Shown: piece by piece, positions 11,867-25,249 of the stretch | How the letters are laid out: the number at the start of each line of letters is the position of its first letter | Numbering within the stretch: the stretch's first letter is position 1 | Source: Octopus vulgaris | Taxonomy: Eukaryota | DNA: 64,000 bases | Assembly: GCA_951406725.2 (NCBI GenBank) | Contig: OX597815.1 | Coordinates: 1,240,001-1,304,000, forward strand | Direction of reading: 5' to 3' | Made by a program: the position numbers and the translations under genes | Notes under the pieces: model-generated | Database searches by the model: none | The model's input: only the letters and a program-made list of their open reading frames with translations | Told to the model about the DNA's origin: nothing

Positions 11867-14800
11867 GGTGGCACAAAAAAAGCATCCAGTACACACTGTA
11901 AAGTGGTTGGCATAGAAACCATGTCAAGAGAGACACTGGAGCTGGATGCAGTCCTTGGAACATTTAAGTGAGTGAATCATGTAAATGGCCTTCAAGGGCC
12001 ATGGGCTCTGCCCCTTCCTCCAAAAGACCCAGCAAGTAAAGAAGAAAAGAAAAAGCAAAACCCTCTTCTGGTGACATAGTGGAAGGAACTGGAATAAACA
12101 CTGAAGAAAAAATAATCTCAATAAATTCAATTTAATGTATTTAGTCTTAACAATAAACTGCATTGAAGGGAGCCAAGATTGTGGAGGAGTTTAATTAAAA
12201 TCTCTGTGTAATTTATTTATTTAACGAGTTTAGATTTGCATCACTACTTCAAAATAATGGAGCCTTTCATGAAATGCTGGTTTATTTATAACCTGTGAAT
12301 GCAGTCAGTTTCTTTGCTAGTTTTGTATGTTCTAAATAAATACATCAAATGAAATACAAAACCATTTTAAAAAGCAAATAGAAACTCTACATTTCAAATT
12401 ATCCAAGATTATTATCAACACGTGATGAATAATAGTTAAAAATAACCTTGTTAAATATGATATTTCTGTCATAACAATAAGGGGAGACCATGTTAAACTT
12501 CTGTTAAGATTTAGGGGCAGAACTAAGTTTCCACAATTTAATTCCTGGGACCAAATATTGGTAGTTCTGCTCTCTTAGAGGAATGAAAGATTTAGTTGAG
12601 TTTGTTTCAGACATGACTAGAATGCACACCAGGTTTCATGTTACCTAGTTTAAGCTTTTAACGTTTAAACTGGCCATATCTGGCCCAAATACTTTATTTG
12701 TTTTATGACCAAACTGGCTGGATCTAGCTTCTCACGCCTACCCTGCAATGTCATTCGAAAAATATACAAACACATTGAAATTTGAAAGCTATGAGGTAAT
12801 GTATAATTAATTAAAAACTATGGAAATAAATAAGCATCGCATTTGACAGAGAAACCCGAATGCTGAAGGATTAACATGATCAATGCCTGACCCTCAGTGC
12901 CTCTAGCAGAGTAGACTGTCTTAAAAACATTCAGACCTGGTTTTCAATTTCTCTGACCACTCCGTGAGTGTAGTGGGTGCTTTTTACGAGCCACCCGCAC
13001 TGGTGCCAGACAGAGCTGGCAAACGGCCACGAACGGATGGTGCTTTTTATGTGCCACTGGCACGAGGGCCAGGCAGACCTGGTTTTCAATTTCTCTGAGA
13101 ATAATCCAATATCTTGGGCCACTGCTTCCAACTGCAGTAATTCTTAGATTGCACTTTCTTCCACCCTCTCCTCCACTAACTTTGAAAAACCCTACAAAAA
13201 CTACCTTTCATAATTAAAACAAGTCCTTAAAAACAAAACAACAAAACCCCTCTGGTTTCTTTTCTTTTTCCTAAAACAACAAGTTTATTGAGAAAATAAG
13301 GAAACCCCTGCATGGTCACTCAGTCAGCTAGAAATAACAACCTATCTCTCTTCTATCATCTTAAAAAGAAAGACATTGAATATTGTACTTCTAGGTAGAC
13401 TATGGCTGGGGGAAAAGTTGTTATGACTGGAACATCTTCAGTCATATGTCAGCTCAATCAAGGCTGACCTCAGCTTAATCAATAAAGATTACAGTGGGTG
13501 TGGTAGTCATGCCTTTTTCAGTCAAGTTAAATCATGTTAAGTGATGTAAATAACTTCATCTGGGAGAGGAAGCCACACCACTTTAAGGGGAACTCACTTC
13601 ACTCGTGATTTGTTTGTCTACGACCCACTTTTCTGTGCTAACATGTCTTGGATGGGAATTGATTTAGGGGCAGGAGTTTACAGCCTGATGCTCTTCCTGT
13701 CACTAATCTTTACCTGTTTTCCAAACAAGGGATCTTTTTTTTAAGTGTATCATTGCAAGTTTTCTATAGAAATTAGAGCCAGCCCTGAAAGTTATGACAT
13801 TTTGTAAATGAATATATCTATGTAAACAATACAATCAAAGATAAGAGAAAACAGGTAATGAGTGTATATGCATATTTCAGGAATTCTTATTCTTTCTTCA
13901 GTACAACATCCTTCCCATTAACTATCCACAAATACATTACTTAAATGACCACTAATATTTAGTAGTGTAACACTACTGGATTGACGAATTTACATATCAA
14001 AGCATATTTCTGGCCACTGCTATCATCATCATCATTTAATGTCTGTTGTCCATGCTGGCATGGGTTAAACAGTTTGACCAGGGCTAGCAAGCTGGAAGGC
14101 TGCATCAGACTCCAGTATCTGCCATGATTGCAATTTTGCTTGGCTTGATGGGTCTTCTTCTTCTCAAGCCTGACATAATGCCAAAAGTCCTGGTCCTTGC
14201 TTCCGTGAGGCCCAACACTCAAAGAAGCTCAGCCACTTTGCCTTCATGAGGCCCAACGCTTGAAAGGTGCCTGTATGTGTCACTGGCATGGGTGCCAGTA
14301 ACGTAACCCCAGCATCAGCCAAGGTCTACATATTAATTGCTGGCAGGGACTTTGTATTTCGTTTTGCAACCATAATATTCTACCAAGAACAAAAAAAAGT
14401 TTACAAAAGTACGTCCTTCCTGGTGTTGGGAGTCTATTGTTTCCATTTCTTTCAACTGTATCTCTGCACTTGCTCATCTTTATATTTCACAGTGGCAAGA
14501 AGAGAATATCATTTGCCCCCCAACACACTCACACATATACACACACTTTAATATCATTTGCCGCCAACACAGCCATTCTTTAGCTTTTCCAGTTTTCCTT
14601 ATTTCAAAAGAAAGTCACACTAACTTGTGTAATTAACTCATCTTTTTTCATCTGACAGAATCTGACCAACAATTCAAAGACTAAATGAAAGGTCACAACT
14701 AATTCCTGGCCAATTACCCTTAAAAGACGACCTCTCGGAACCTACCAAAAAAGCACCATTTAAAACATTCACTTTTTTGTGATTTTTTTTATAACAACAT

Positions 14801-15521
14801 CCTTACCATTTCCTACTTTAACACATTTTTTTGTTGTCAGGGACATTATCATCTCTCTCTCTCTCTCCCCTGTTCACACACATATACACATTGCTTTACC
14901 CCCCCCCCCACTTCCATTAATAACAGTCAGAGCTGGGTTCCTACATTAATAATCACAACCTTTGTTAACGGTTGCCTAACTTCCACTTGATATATAAAAT
15001 GTTATTTTAAGACAGTTCTTCATCATCATCATCATCATCATCATGTATTTATTTATTATTTATTTATTTATTAATTATTAAGATGGCAAGATGGCAGACT
15101 CGTTACCAACGCCAGGCAAGATGCTTAGCAGCATTTCATCAGTCTTTACGTTCTGAGTTCAAATCCTGCCGAGGCTTGTCTTTGCCATTCATCCTTTCAG
15201 GGTCGATGAAATAAGTACCAATGGAACCCTGGGGCTGATGTAATTGACTAGCCACCCCTGGCCCCCCAAATTTCAGGCCATGTGCCTATAGTAGAAAGGG
15301 TTATTGTTATCATTGTTGTTGTTGTTCTTCTTCTTAAGGCAGTGAGCATGCTGGACAAAATGCTTAACAGCATTTCTTGCAGCTTTATGTTCTGGGTTCA
15401 AATCCCACTGAAGTCAACTTGTTCTGGGGTCAATAAAGTACCAGTTAAGTGCTGGGGTCAATGTGCTCAATTTACCCTCCCACAATTTTAAACCCAAATT
15501 AAGAATTCCTAATATTAATTA

Positions 15522-15552
<31 letters not shown>

Positions 15553-17809
15553 CATCAAGGTCAACTTTGTCTTTGATCTTTCTGAGGTTGATAAAATTAA
15601 GGTACCAGTTGCGTACTGGGTTCTTATTGACGTTTTTTTTTAACCAGAAGATAAAATAGTTTACCAGTCATATACTGGGGTTGTTCTAATTGATTGATTT
15701 CTCATTCTCCTTAGATTCTGAGATGGTGTTTCAGCTTGAAAAAATTCCTCTTCCTCCTCCTCATCATCATCATCACTATTCTTAACATCATCATCGTCAC
15801 CCCCAATAACCCCCTGTAAACAGGGTCAACAGCCTGGCCAGCATTAAGCAGCTGCCCCTCCCCCCCACTTTATTACTTAACCACATTTTGATACGTCATG
15901 TGTTAAATCATTGTCATTGACTTCTGTCTTTACCAATTCCATTCCAAATACACTGACCACCACCACCAATATATTTGGTGTGAAAAACAAAAGGAATCGT
16001 TCAGAACAATATTAGATAATTACAGTGGAGACAACTCATTATCTTAACGAGCTGTTGTAATTTTCTGGCAATCTCATTAGCGTCTTATTCTGCTGCCTTC
16101 TTTTGTCTTGTAGAATTGTCCGTTGGTCTTTGATTGTGACATGGACTGGAAGAGAGATGGGTGCCATGTCATGGTTGTGTAGAATTGTTGTGGATCTGGC
16201 ATTAACTGGGAATTTCTGCACGTGACTTCCTCTTCAAACCACAGCCACACTTCAGTATCATGCCATAGAGGAATGGTGCCACTTGCTGAAGATGGAGTCA
16301 CATACAGAACTCAAGTTGAACAATAACACATGGCTTGAACGGGATAAAAATTGTGTGTATGTGTGTGTGTTTGTGTATTGGCATGTGTTGGTGCATATGT
16401 GTGTGTGAGTTGCTTTGTGTGTGTTGGGGTTAGAGGGGGAAGTCACAATAAAGCGGAAACTATAGTGAATCCCCGATCCAGAAAGGAAAGGAAATGGGTA
16501 TCTTTGAGAGGGGATCATCAGAATCAAACACATCAAAGTATTTTCAAACCCAAACATGAAGCATCTGACCATTCTCTCCAGTTCTTCCTTCTTTCAGCTC
16601 CACATGGGCCACTCTGCAGTCAAAGACATCTGGCCATTCCTTCCGGGTCTTCTTTCAGATGTTAGACTTTGTAGAATTAAATCTCTTTTAAAACTAAACT
16701 CTGAACACATTACAAGTGTCACAACTGACCATTCCATTGAAATTTTTATTATCACAATATATAAGAGGAGGAAGAGGGGGTAGTGTGGGGTATTCTGTTT
16801 TCATGGAACATTACTGATTTTCCTGTGGTTACTGTAAAATCTTTTTTGCAGCTCTGTTTGTCCCTCAGCTATTTCTTAGCTTGCATTGAATATATACTCA
16901 GATGTTACATTCCATATTTTGGAGAGTTCGTCAGAAAAGAATTTGTTTTCTGGTGTAAACATCTTTCAAATTCCGGGTGGGGTGGGGTTTGTTGTGGCGA
17001 CTAAAATTAGCAAATGTGTCATGCAGGGAAGATGACTTTTCTTTGAGTAACAGAAAGAAAAACAAACAAACAGCAAAAAAAAATGCCGCTGCAGAATGAT
17101 ATTGGTGAGTCATGGGTTGTGTTGCAAGTTCTTGTGAGAAAATATCTCAAGTGGAATCAAGACATTTTCAGATACTTTAAGTACTTAACGATGACGACCT
17201 GACGAAAGGATGGGGTGGGGGTTGTTGTTATGACGAGGGAGCTGGATTGGTTGGTAGAAGTGGTTCAGCATCGGTCAAAATGGTTTATCTTTTGACTTGT
17301 TTCAGTCATTAGACTGCGGCCATGCTGGGGCACTGCCTTGAGGAATTGGCCCCAGGACTTATTTTTCTTTTTTCAAGCCTGGTACTTATTCTATTGACCT
17401 CTTTTGCTGAACTGCTAAGTTAAAGGATATAAACAAACTGACACCAGTTATCAAGTGGCAGTGGGGGACAAACACAGACAAAAACACACACACATGCACA
17501 CACACACACACACACGATAGGCTTCTTTCAGTTTCTGCCTACCAAATCCACTCAGAAGGCATTTGTGAGCCCGAGGTAGATAGTAGAAAACACTTGTCCA
17601 AGGGGCCATGCATTCATGCCTATTTGAAATATCTGTGCAGGCAGGCTCTTTATGTTCTGAGTTCAAATCCTGTTGAGATTAACTTGTATTTTATCTCACC
17701 AAGGTAAGATACCAGTAAACTGCTGGGGGTTGATGTAATCCTGCAGCTCCCTCTACCTTAACCAGAAATCCCCATTTATTTCATATTGTTAATCAGGTTG
17801 TCCACAAGG

Positions 17810-19000
17810 GAGTCATACTCCGGGATTGCTATAAAGGTAAAGGTGATGCCTTAGACAGGAATAATTACAGAGGCATCAAACTACGGGAACAGGTGATGAA
17901 AGTCACAGAAATGGTTATAGCTCAATTAATTAGGGAGAGAATTAGTGTAGATGAGATGCAGTTCGGATTTGTGTCAGGCTGGAGCACAACTAATGCTGTA
18001 TTCCTAGTTAGGCAATTGCAGGAGAAATATCTAACCAAAAATAAAACCCTCTACCTTTTGTTGGTATGGGGAAACCTTTAACAGAGTCCCCTGCTCCCTT
18101 ATCCAGTGGTCAGTGCAGAAGCTAGAGATAGATGAATGGTTGGTGAGAGCTGTACAAACCATATATGGGGATGCTGTCAGTAAGGCAAAGGTTGACAAGT
18201 ATAGTAAGGAATTCAGGGTACAAGTAGGGGCTCACCAAGGATCAATCCTCAGCCCTCTCTTGTTCATCATAGTCCTCCAGGTATTAACAGAGCAATTTAA
18301 GACTGGTTGCTTCTGGGAGTTCCTCTTTGCTGATGATCTAGTTCTTATAGCCGAATCACTACCAGAACTAGAGAAGTTGTTTCAGGTAGGGAAGCAAGGT
18401 CTAGAAGCAAAGGACCTTAGAGTTAATCTAGCAAAAATCAAAGTCTTAGTAAGAGAGAGAGAGTAGACAAGTTGCAAATCTCTTTAGGCAGATGGCCCTA
18501 TTTGATCTGTAGGAAAGGCTTAGGTACAAACTCCATAAGATGCACCCAGTGTAAGCTTTGGACACATAAAAGGTGCAGCAATATCATTGGAAGGTTAACA
18601 GGGAAAATAGTTTTTGTATGAGAAGGGTGCACGCTGAAAATGTACAGAAAATGGACTCCATCCAATGCCAGTGGCATGTAAAAAGCACCTTTCGAGTGTT
18701 GGGCCTTGCAGAGGCAATGATGAATGACTGAGACCCTTGGCATTATGCTGTGCTTGACTCATCAAGCCAAGTGAAATCATAAAAGTGGCAGATTCTAGTG
18801 TCACACAACTGGCACCCATGCCAGTGGCACATAAAAGCACCAATTACACTCTGAGAGTGGTTGGTGTCAGGAAGGGCATCCAGCCATAGGAACCATGCCA
18901 AATCAGACTGGAACCTGGTGCAGTCCCTCAGCTTGCCAGCCCTAGTCAAACTATCCAGCCCATGCCAGCATGGATAACGGACATTAAATGATGATCATCA
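17810..19000 (+). mobile_element. RTE-clade LINE remnant: broken reverse transcriptase, Cys-rich insert, 3' UTR and tail
   Basis: CYKGKGDALDRNNYRGIKL...EMQFGF..STTNAVFLVRQLQEKY; VGAHQGSILSPLLF; FADDLVL (YADD-like); then ICRKGLGTNSIRCTQCKLWTHKRCS; frameshifted; ends ...GGACATTAAATGATGAT. Confidence 0.9.
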
Positions 19001-20143
19001 TGGTTTATCTTTTTCATCAGCTTCCTTCCTCGTGGTGCTGTTATTTCCACTGCCATTGTTAATGAGGGGGTCTCTGTGAGTGCTCAATCTGCTAGAAATA
19101 GCATCAAATCCCTTCTTTTTTTCAGAAAAGGAAGGACATTGGACAATGTAGTCCTAATGGAACACCACCAGCATTCATTCCATTCATTTATTTATTGGTT
19201 CTTACATTTATTGCTTTATTGGCATCAGGGCTGACCTGAGGCACCATTTAGTCACCCTTCCCCTTGTTAGCACTTGGGACACATTGATGTTTCCTGCCAT
19301 CATCTGATAAGGCCACATTGAAGCTAGCTCCCCTGTGACAAGACTGAATTTAAAAACTAATTATTATTTATTGTCCTTCATTTCTAAAGATGATCAAAGT
19401 TTCATCTTCTGGACACAAACAGCATTTTTAAAAGAGAATCAAAAATGAAAGATTCAACTGTTTGGGACAACCGAAGAATCATGACTGCATCCCTCCCCAC
19501 CCACCCATTCGGCAATACCTTTTGTGTGCTGTCTCAAATGAAGAAATGATAAAATTTTAATGTCTCAGACGAATGCCCACGATAACCCTGAGCTCTGCAA
19601 TTTAAAGATCCACCATCTGTTTGTGGTTCCAAGAAGTTGCACCTTCTTTAAATTAGAGTAAAGCAGGGCTGTACCAACCTCACTCTCTTTCTCTTTGCTT
19701 CCTGGACTGAGATGAGTGCAGGTACCTCAGAGAGAACGACCAGGGTTCTCTATGTACCTCACCATTCTGTGAAGTACCTGTCTCACAAAGGCATTATGCT
19801 GGGTAATGTTCCTTGCCTCGTCTTGAAACATAGCCACTGGTAGTTGGCTCTCCTCCACATCATCATCATCATTTACCAGCCATCTTTCATTCTGCCAGAG
19901 AACTGCACCAGATTCCATGATCTGTTCTGGCAAGGTTTCTACAGCTGGATGCCCTTCCTAATGCCAACTACTTTACAGAGGGTACTGGGTGCTTCTTGGG
20001 TGGTACTGGAACTTGTGGCATCACCAAGTAAGTGAACATGACGAAACTCTGACAGGGTGGTGGGAGTGGGGTTCTCTACTGCACCATCCTGGAAGTCCAC
20101 TGGAAACCCAGACTTCACGTGTTTAGGGGACACAAACCTTTAA

Positions 20144-20360
20144 CTCCTTAGCATTCAGATTACTCTCGTCAAATGCATTCTTATTTATTCACATTGTTTT
20201 GAAGGAATCCTGCATTAGCTTTTAGCTCCACAATTTCAATCATGTGACTGCTTATTTTTTAGAATGACTTTGTAGGGTGAGCGTAAGAGGCCAGATCCGG
20301 CCAGTTTGAACCTGAATCGGAACATTTGGTCTGGATGTGGCCTGTCTAAATGCTAAAGAG
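20144..20360. mobile_element. piggyBac-like MITE (related copies at about 12650-12875 and 24590-24765)
   Basis: TTAA on both sides (20140-20143, 20361-20364); TIRs CTCCTTAGCATT / AATGCTAAAGAG; interior similar to the other copies in opposite orientation. Confidence 0.68.
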
Positions 20361-20669
20361 TTAAAGACTCCGAAACTCATTGACTTTTCCTCGTTTAGCT
20401 GGCCTTGGCCTGTCAATGCTGTTACCCAGGAGATGGGGCTCTGCTACATGGTGATGGCTCATGGAGTTAGCTGTGAGAGGGGGGGGGGCTGATAGGGGTG
20501 GGGAGCAATGGTAAATGTACTCTGCTACCAATGATTATTATCAGTAATATGACAATTAGCTGTTAATTACCAGTGGTGCTAATTAATAAATTACTGCTGA
20601 TGATATTTAAACAAGTTGATGTCTTGTTGACAGAGAAACTTTCAACATAAATCCTGTGTCAGATGAGTT

Positions 20670-21197
20670 GTAGAGGTGGTGGTAGGAGTAGAGGTGGTGG
20701 TAAGAGTAGAGGTGGTGGTAAGAGTAGAGGTGGTGGTAAGAGTAGAGGTGGTGGTAAGAGTAGAGGTGGTGGTAAGAGTAGAGGTGGCGGTAAGAGTAGA
20801 GGTGGTGGTAAGAGTAGAGGTGGTGGTAAGAGTAGAGGTGGTGGTAAGAGTAGAGGTGGTGGTAAGAGTAGAGGTGGTGGTAAGAGTAGAGGTGGCGGTA
20901 AGAGTAGAGGTGGTGGTAAGAGTAGAGGTGGCGGTAAGAGTAGAGGTGGTGGTAAGAGTAGAGGTGGTGGTAAGAGTAGAGGTGGTGGTAAGTGTAGAGG
21001 TGGTGGTAAGAGTAGAGGTGGTGGTAAGAGTAGAGGTGGTGGTAAGAGTAGAGGTGGTGGTAAGAGTAGAGGTGGTGGTAAGAGTAGAGGTGGCGGTAAG
21101 AGTAGAGGTGGCGGTAAGAGTAGAGGTGGCGGTAAGAGTAGAGGTGGCGGTAAGAGTAGAGGTGGTGGTAAGAGTAGAGGTGGTGGTAAGAGTAGAG
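20670..21197. repeat. 18-bp minisatellite (GGTAAGAGTAGAGGTGGT)n, about 29 units
   Basis: Near-perfect tandem array with GGT/GGC variant units; explains the spurious 190-230 aa ORFs. Confidence 0.97.
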
Positions 21198-21652
21198 GTA
21201 ATTGGGTGGGTGGCCGTGGTAATCATAATTGTTGGGTTGGAAGAGAAATAAAATATTGTAGATTTGCAGCCATCTGGGTCCCCTTCCCCCCCCCCGTCCT
21301 CAGTCAAACCGTCCAACCCATGCTAGCATGGAAAGCAGCCGTTAAACGACGATGATGATGATGATAACTTCTATTTACCCCCACCTCCTCCATTATCTCT
21401 TGTGTAGAGTTTAGTTTGTAAAAGAGGGGAAGATAAGCTGTAAAAGTCAAGGGTAAATTGTTTGATAAATGATGAGGAGGAGGAGGATAGAAAGGAAAAG
21501 GAAATGGATGGATGGTGCGGGGGGGGGGGGGACACAAAAGTTTGTAAAGCCCTTTTGTGTTGGGGACTATTTTTAAGGGGCTGTAAGTTTTTGTGTGTGT
21601 GTGGTTGTTTATGTGGCTGTAAGTGAGTATATAAATATATATTTATATACTC

Positions 21653-21687
<35 letters not shown>

Positions 21688-21740
21688 TGCGCATATATGT
21701 AGTTGTGGCATGAGTGAGTGTGTATGTGTGTGAGTATATA

Positions 21741-21771
<31 letters not shown>

Positions 21772-23056
21772 TATATATATATAGCTGTAGCTGTGTGTCT
21801 CTCTGGAAAGTGGCTTGAATATTTATGGTTCCAAGGGGAAGGGGGTGAATTCAACCCTTTACTTCTGTTAACTGGGTGATGTAGAGAATGGTTTGGGTGG
21901 GGGTTATGGTACCCTAATGTGTCAGGGCTGGGTGTATATATGTCTATTGTGAGATACAGCAGACTTCCTGAATGTCTAAATTATCTCCTCACCCCCCCCC
22001 CCGCCCATTGCAGTAGTCCCTGTTGCAGCAGCTCTCAGGTTCTTAGAAGGGGTTGTTAGTATTATGAAAGGCATGGGGCTCCTTAGGGTCTGTTAGTATT
22101 AGTTTCCCCCTGTATTAGGTTTCCCTCTGTGTTAGTATTAGATAGATATCCCTACATTTGGTTAATCCCCAGGGTCAGTACTAAGTTCTCACTTGGGTTC
22201 CACAAAAGAGAAGATATATACACCAGGCTCAGATAAACCAGCCTGGGGGTGGGGTGGGGGGAAGGGGCTTATATATGGTTCCTCAGGCTGCTAATAATAG
22301 CAGCTAAATTTTCCTCAAACCGAACACCTTTAGCATTTAGAATGTTCTATTCACGTTCTTATCTTGTACTTTACTTGAGCATGACTTATGATCAAAGCCA
22401 TTCCAGCCATGACTATCCTGTCTTTTTTTAGGGGCAACATCTTTCTAAAGACATAATGGGATTATATTATTTGATGTGTCCTTCTCTTTTCCCAAGACAG
22501 TGGAATGTAATTTGAGGGAGATTTAGCTGCTATTTCTAAGAAGCTGCAACTATTGTTATTATCTGTTTGTATTTTAGTAGTGAATTGAGTTTGTTTTGGT
22601 TGTTTTTTTTTATTTTTTTGATATTGACTATTCAATTATTTATCCTGCACCTATAATTAAAATCAAAGTCGTTCCAAGCATGGCCACCATTCCAGTTTGT
22701 CAGGGACTTCACTACCAGAATGTCTGTTGTCTTTTTTTTTATATTGTAAACGTGATAAGAGGGGGATCTTGGTTGCTACTTCAAAACACTCTTCTTAAAA
22801 TATCCAGGGTGTGGCAGCTATGGCAGTGGTGGTGGTGGCGGTGGTGGTGGCGGTGGTGGTGTGTGGTGGTGATGGCGGTGGTGGTGTGTGGCGGTGGTGG
22901 TGGTCTGATGTCTCTACATCAAACCAGGCATTTTTTTATAGACACAGAAGCAGGAGGAATCAGTTATCTGAGAATAAAGGAAGAATTTCATGTTTTTTCT
23001 TTCTTTTATCTTTGTAATGCTCTGATTCTACTCTCAGCATTTTCTCTCTGCTCTGT

Positions 23057-23106
<50 letters not shown>

Positions 23107-23924
23107 ATGTGTGTGTATAGTTATCATTTATATGTGTGTATGTGTTTGTAAGTACCTCACCTTCTGTGTGTGTGTGTGTGTATTAACCAACACTTGTAGT
23201 ATGCAGCTCATCCCTGTGGGATACGAAGTCTGCAATATGACTGGGGTGGGTTGGGTTGCAGGGGTGGGCATCCAATGAGTACAGATTTTCTAAGTACAGG
23301 AAGCAAGTACATCTGTTTAAAGTTTCCTTCGTTCCACTCCATTTTCTCATTCCATCTTCATTCATTCCCTGATGTGTATTTTTAGACTAAATGAATGTCA
23401 TATTTTTATCAGTCACAGTCTATCTTAGACTACATTATCCACTGTGCTCCATTATTTCTTAAAAATAGTAGAGTGACAAGTGAAAGACATTTAGCTGTTA
23501 TTTTTAGCTATTTGAGTAATTATGTCTCTGTGGAAGCCCAAGTGGAATAATACATTTGACTGTGACTTCAAAGTCAATCGGCTGTGGTAGATATTGAACC
23601 CCTGACCTTTACATTCATTCCTCAGTTGCTATTTCTCTAAATTAGAATGTCTTCATATAACATTCTACATGTAATTAGAACAACTTTTATAGTAATCAAA
23701 GACTTCATAAAAAATTCTTATTTACCATTAATAAATTATTCAGATTCTCTGCAACAAAGCTGATGTGATTTCTTCCTCTTTGACCGAAGCAGACTTTTAT
23801 ACAAAAGGACTTTCATTGTTTTATATTTAGCATTTATCTTTATCTATTTCGTACTATTCTAATCTTTATTTACCAATTTATCAGACCTGTATATACAGAT
23901 ACACGTGTGTGTGTGTGTTTGTGT

Positions 23925-23962
<38 letters not shown>

Positions 23963-25122
23963 TGATCTCTTTTAGACCATCTGTTATCCTAATTCTCCGA
24001 TGAAAAGCTCTTAGATTCTAACCAACTTCAGACTTTGGTCGGTTTTTATTGTCTGTAGATAAAGTACTGGCAACATGGTGACAGAAGGTTTCTAAGTATA
24101 AAGTTGTTGGAAAAACAGATTGAAGATATCGGTAATGCCTCAGTGAATGCCATCCTGCAGTGAAGCACTTCTTGATGCCATTCTCTCCTCTTTGAGTCTG
24201 GTTTTCTTATTTTTTAATGTTAAAATAACATTGTGTCTTCCTAAGATGTTTTCTTAGCGTAAGATCAGAATCTTCCAAGTTCGTTTAACATCATACAATA
24301 TTATACTAATATTTTTATACTAGTATAACACCATACTAAATTAATATAGCATGATGCAATGTTACACTAAATGTAACCTTCTATGATGTCATCTCTGTTG
24401 ATGTCCCCTTATCATAAAGCCCTCTCTTGACCCCAGTTTCATGTCATCTGTAACAATACAAATGTATTAAATAGATCGTTACTGTTTAACCTTTGGTCAG
24501 TTCTAATTGAGGAGATCTATGATCAAAGCTGTTCCAACTATGGCCATCCTTTCTGTTTATGTATCAGAAATTACATTGTTCAGCATAAACTTCTTTAAAC
24601 AGGCCATATCAGGCCCACCAACCAGATCCAGCCTGTCACACCCATCCTACAATGTCTTTCTAAAATCAAACAGTCACACCATTAAGATCTCAAAGCTATG
24701 AGAGATGATGTTTGATAATTTCAAAATAATGAGAATAAAGAATGTGAATGCTCAAGAGTTAAGAGAGTAGAGTACCATTTGAAGGAGATTTGACTGTTAT
24801 TTTTAGCAGACTGAATGAGCTTGATTTTATGTTTGTTAATCAGAATGGTGGCAAAAATGGTTTCTGGGATTTAGAACACAGAATCTTGCAAAAGTTACCA
24901 TTGAGAGTCATGGCAACTGTTACTGTATCCTGTGTTCTAGCACAAAACCACTTTCAAGGGAGGATAAACATTAGCTTCTGCTATAAAAACTGCTTTTGTT
25001 GCTGTTAATTATTTCTTAGAAAAGTGTAATTTGCTTCAGGTTTTTAAACTTTCTCTTTTCCTTATTTTCGACAGCCTTCAGAATTTAAAAGAAGTCGGAG
25101 AACGAAAAACTAAACAATCAAA

Positions 25123-25249
25123 ATGCCAATTTTGGGTATATCCGTCTCGTTGTACGACATAATAGAGAACACAGGCCCACTGACAGAGGCAGATATTTGG
25201 GGAGTCCTTTGTCAAGGGGCCGAAAGTATTCAAGATCTGTTTTTCAGAG
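25123..25249 (+). CDS. PTPN13: PTPN13/FRMPD2-family gene, coding exon 1 (start of KIND domain); exon begins at 25075 with 48 nt of 5' UTR
   Basis: ATG at 25123 with in-frame TAA upstream (25111); translates MPILGISVSLYDIIENTGPLTEADIWGVLCQGAESIQDLFFR, resembling the vertebrate PTPN13 N-terminus (VSLAEALEVRGGPLQEEEIWAVLNQSAESLQELF, from memory); acceptor ttttcgacag at 25074, donor G|gtaagc, phase 1. Confidence 0.9.

Noticed and set aside
20642-21355. Long ORFs (191-230 aa; RGG-like, mucin-like, Val-rich)
   Set aside because: Produced by an 18-bp stop-free tandem repeat open in several frames; no splice or homology support
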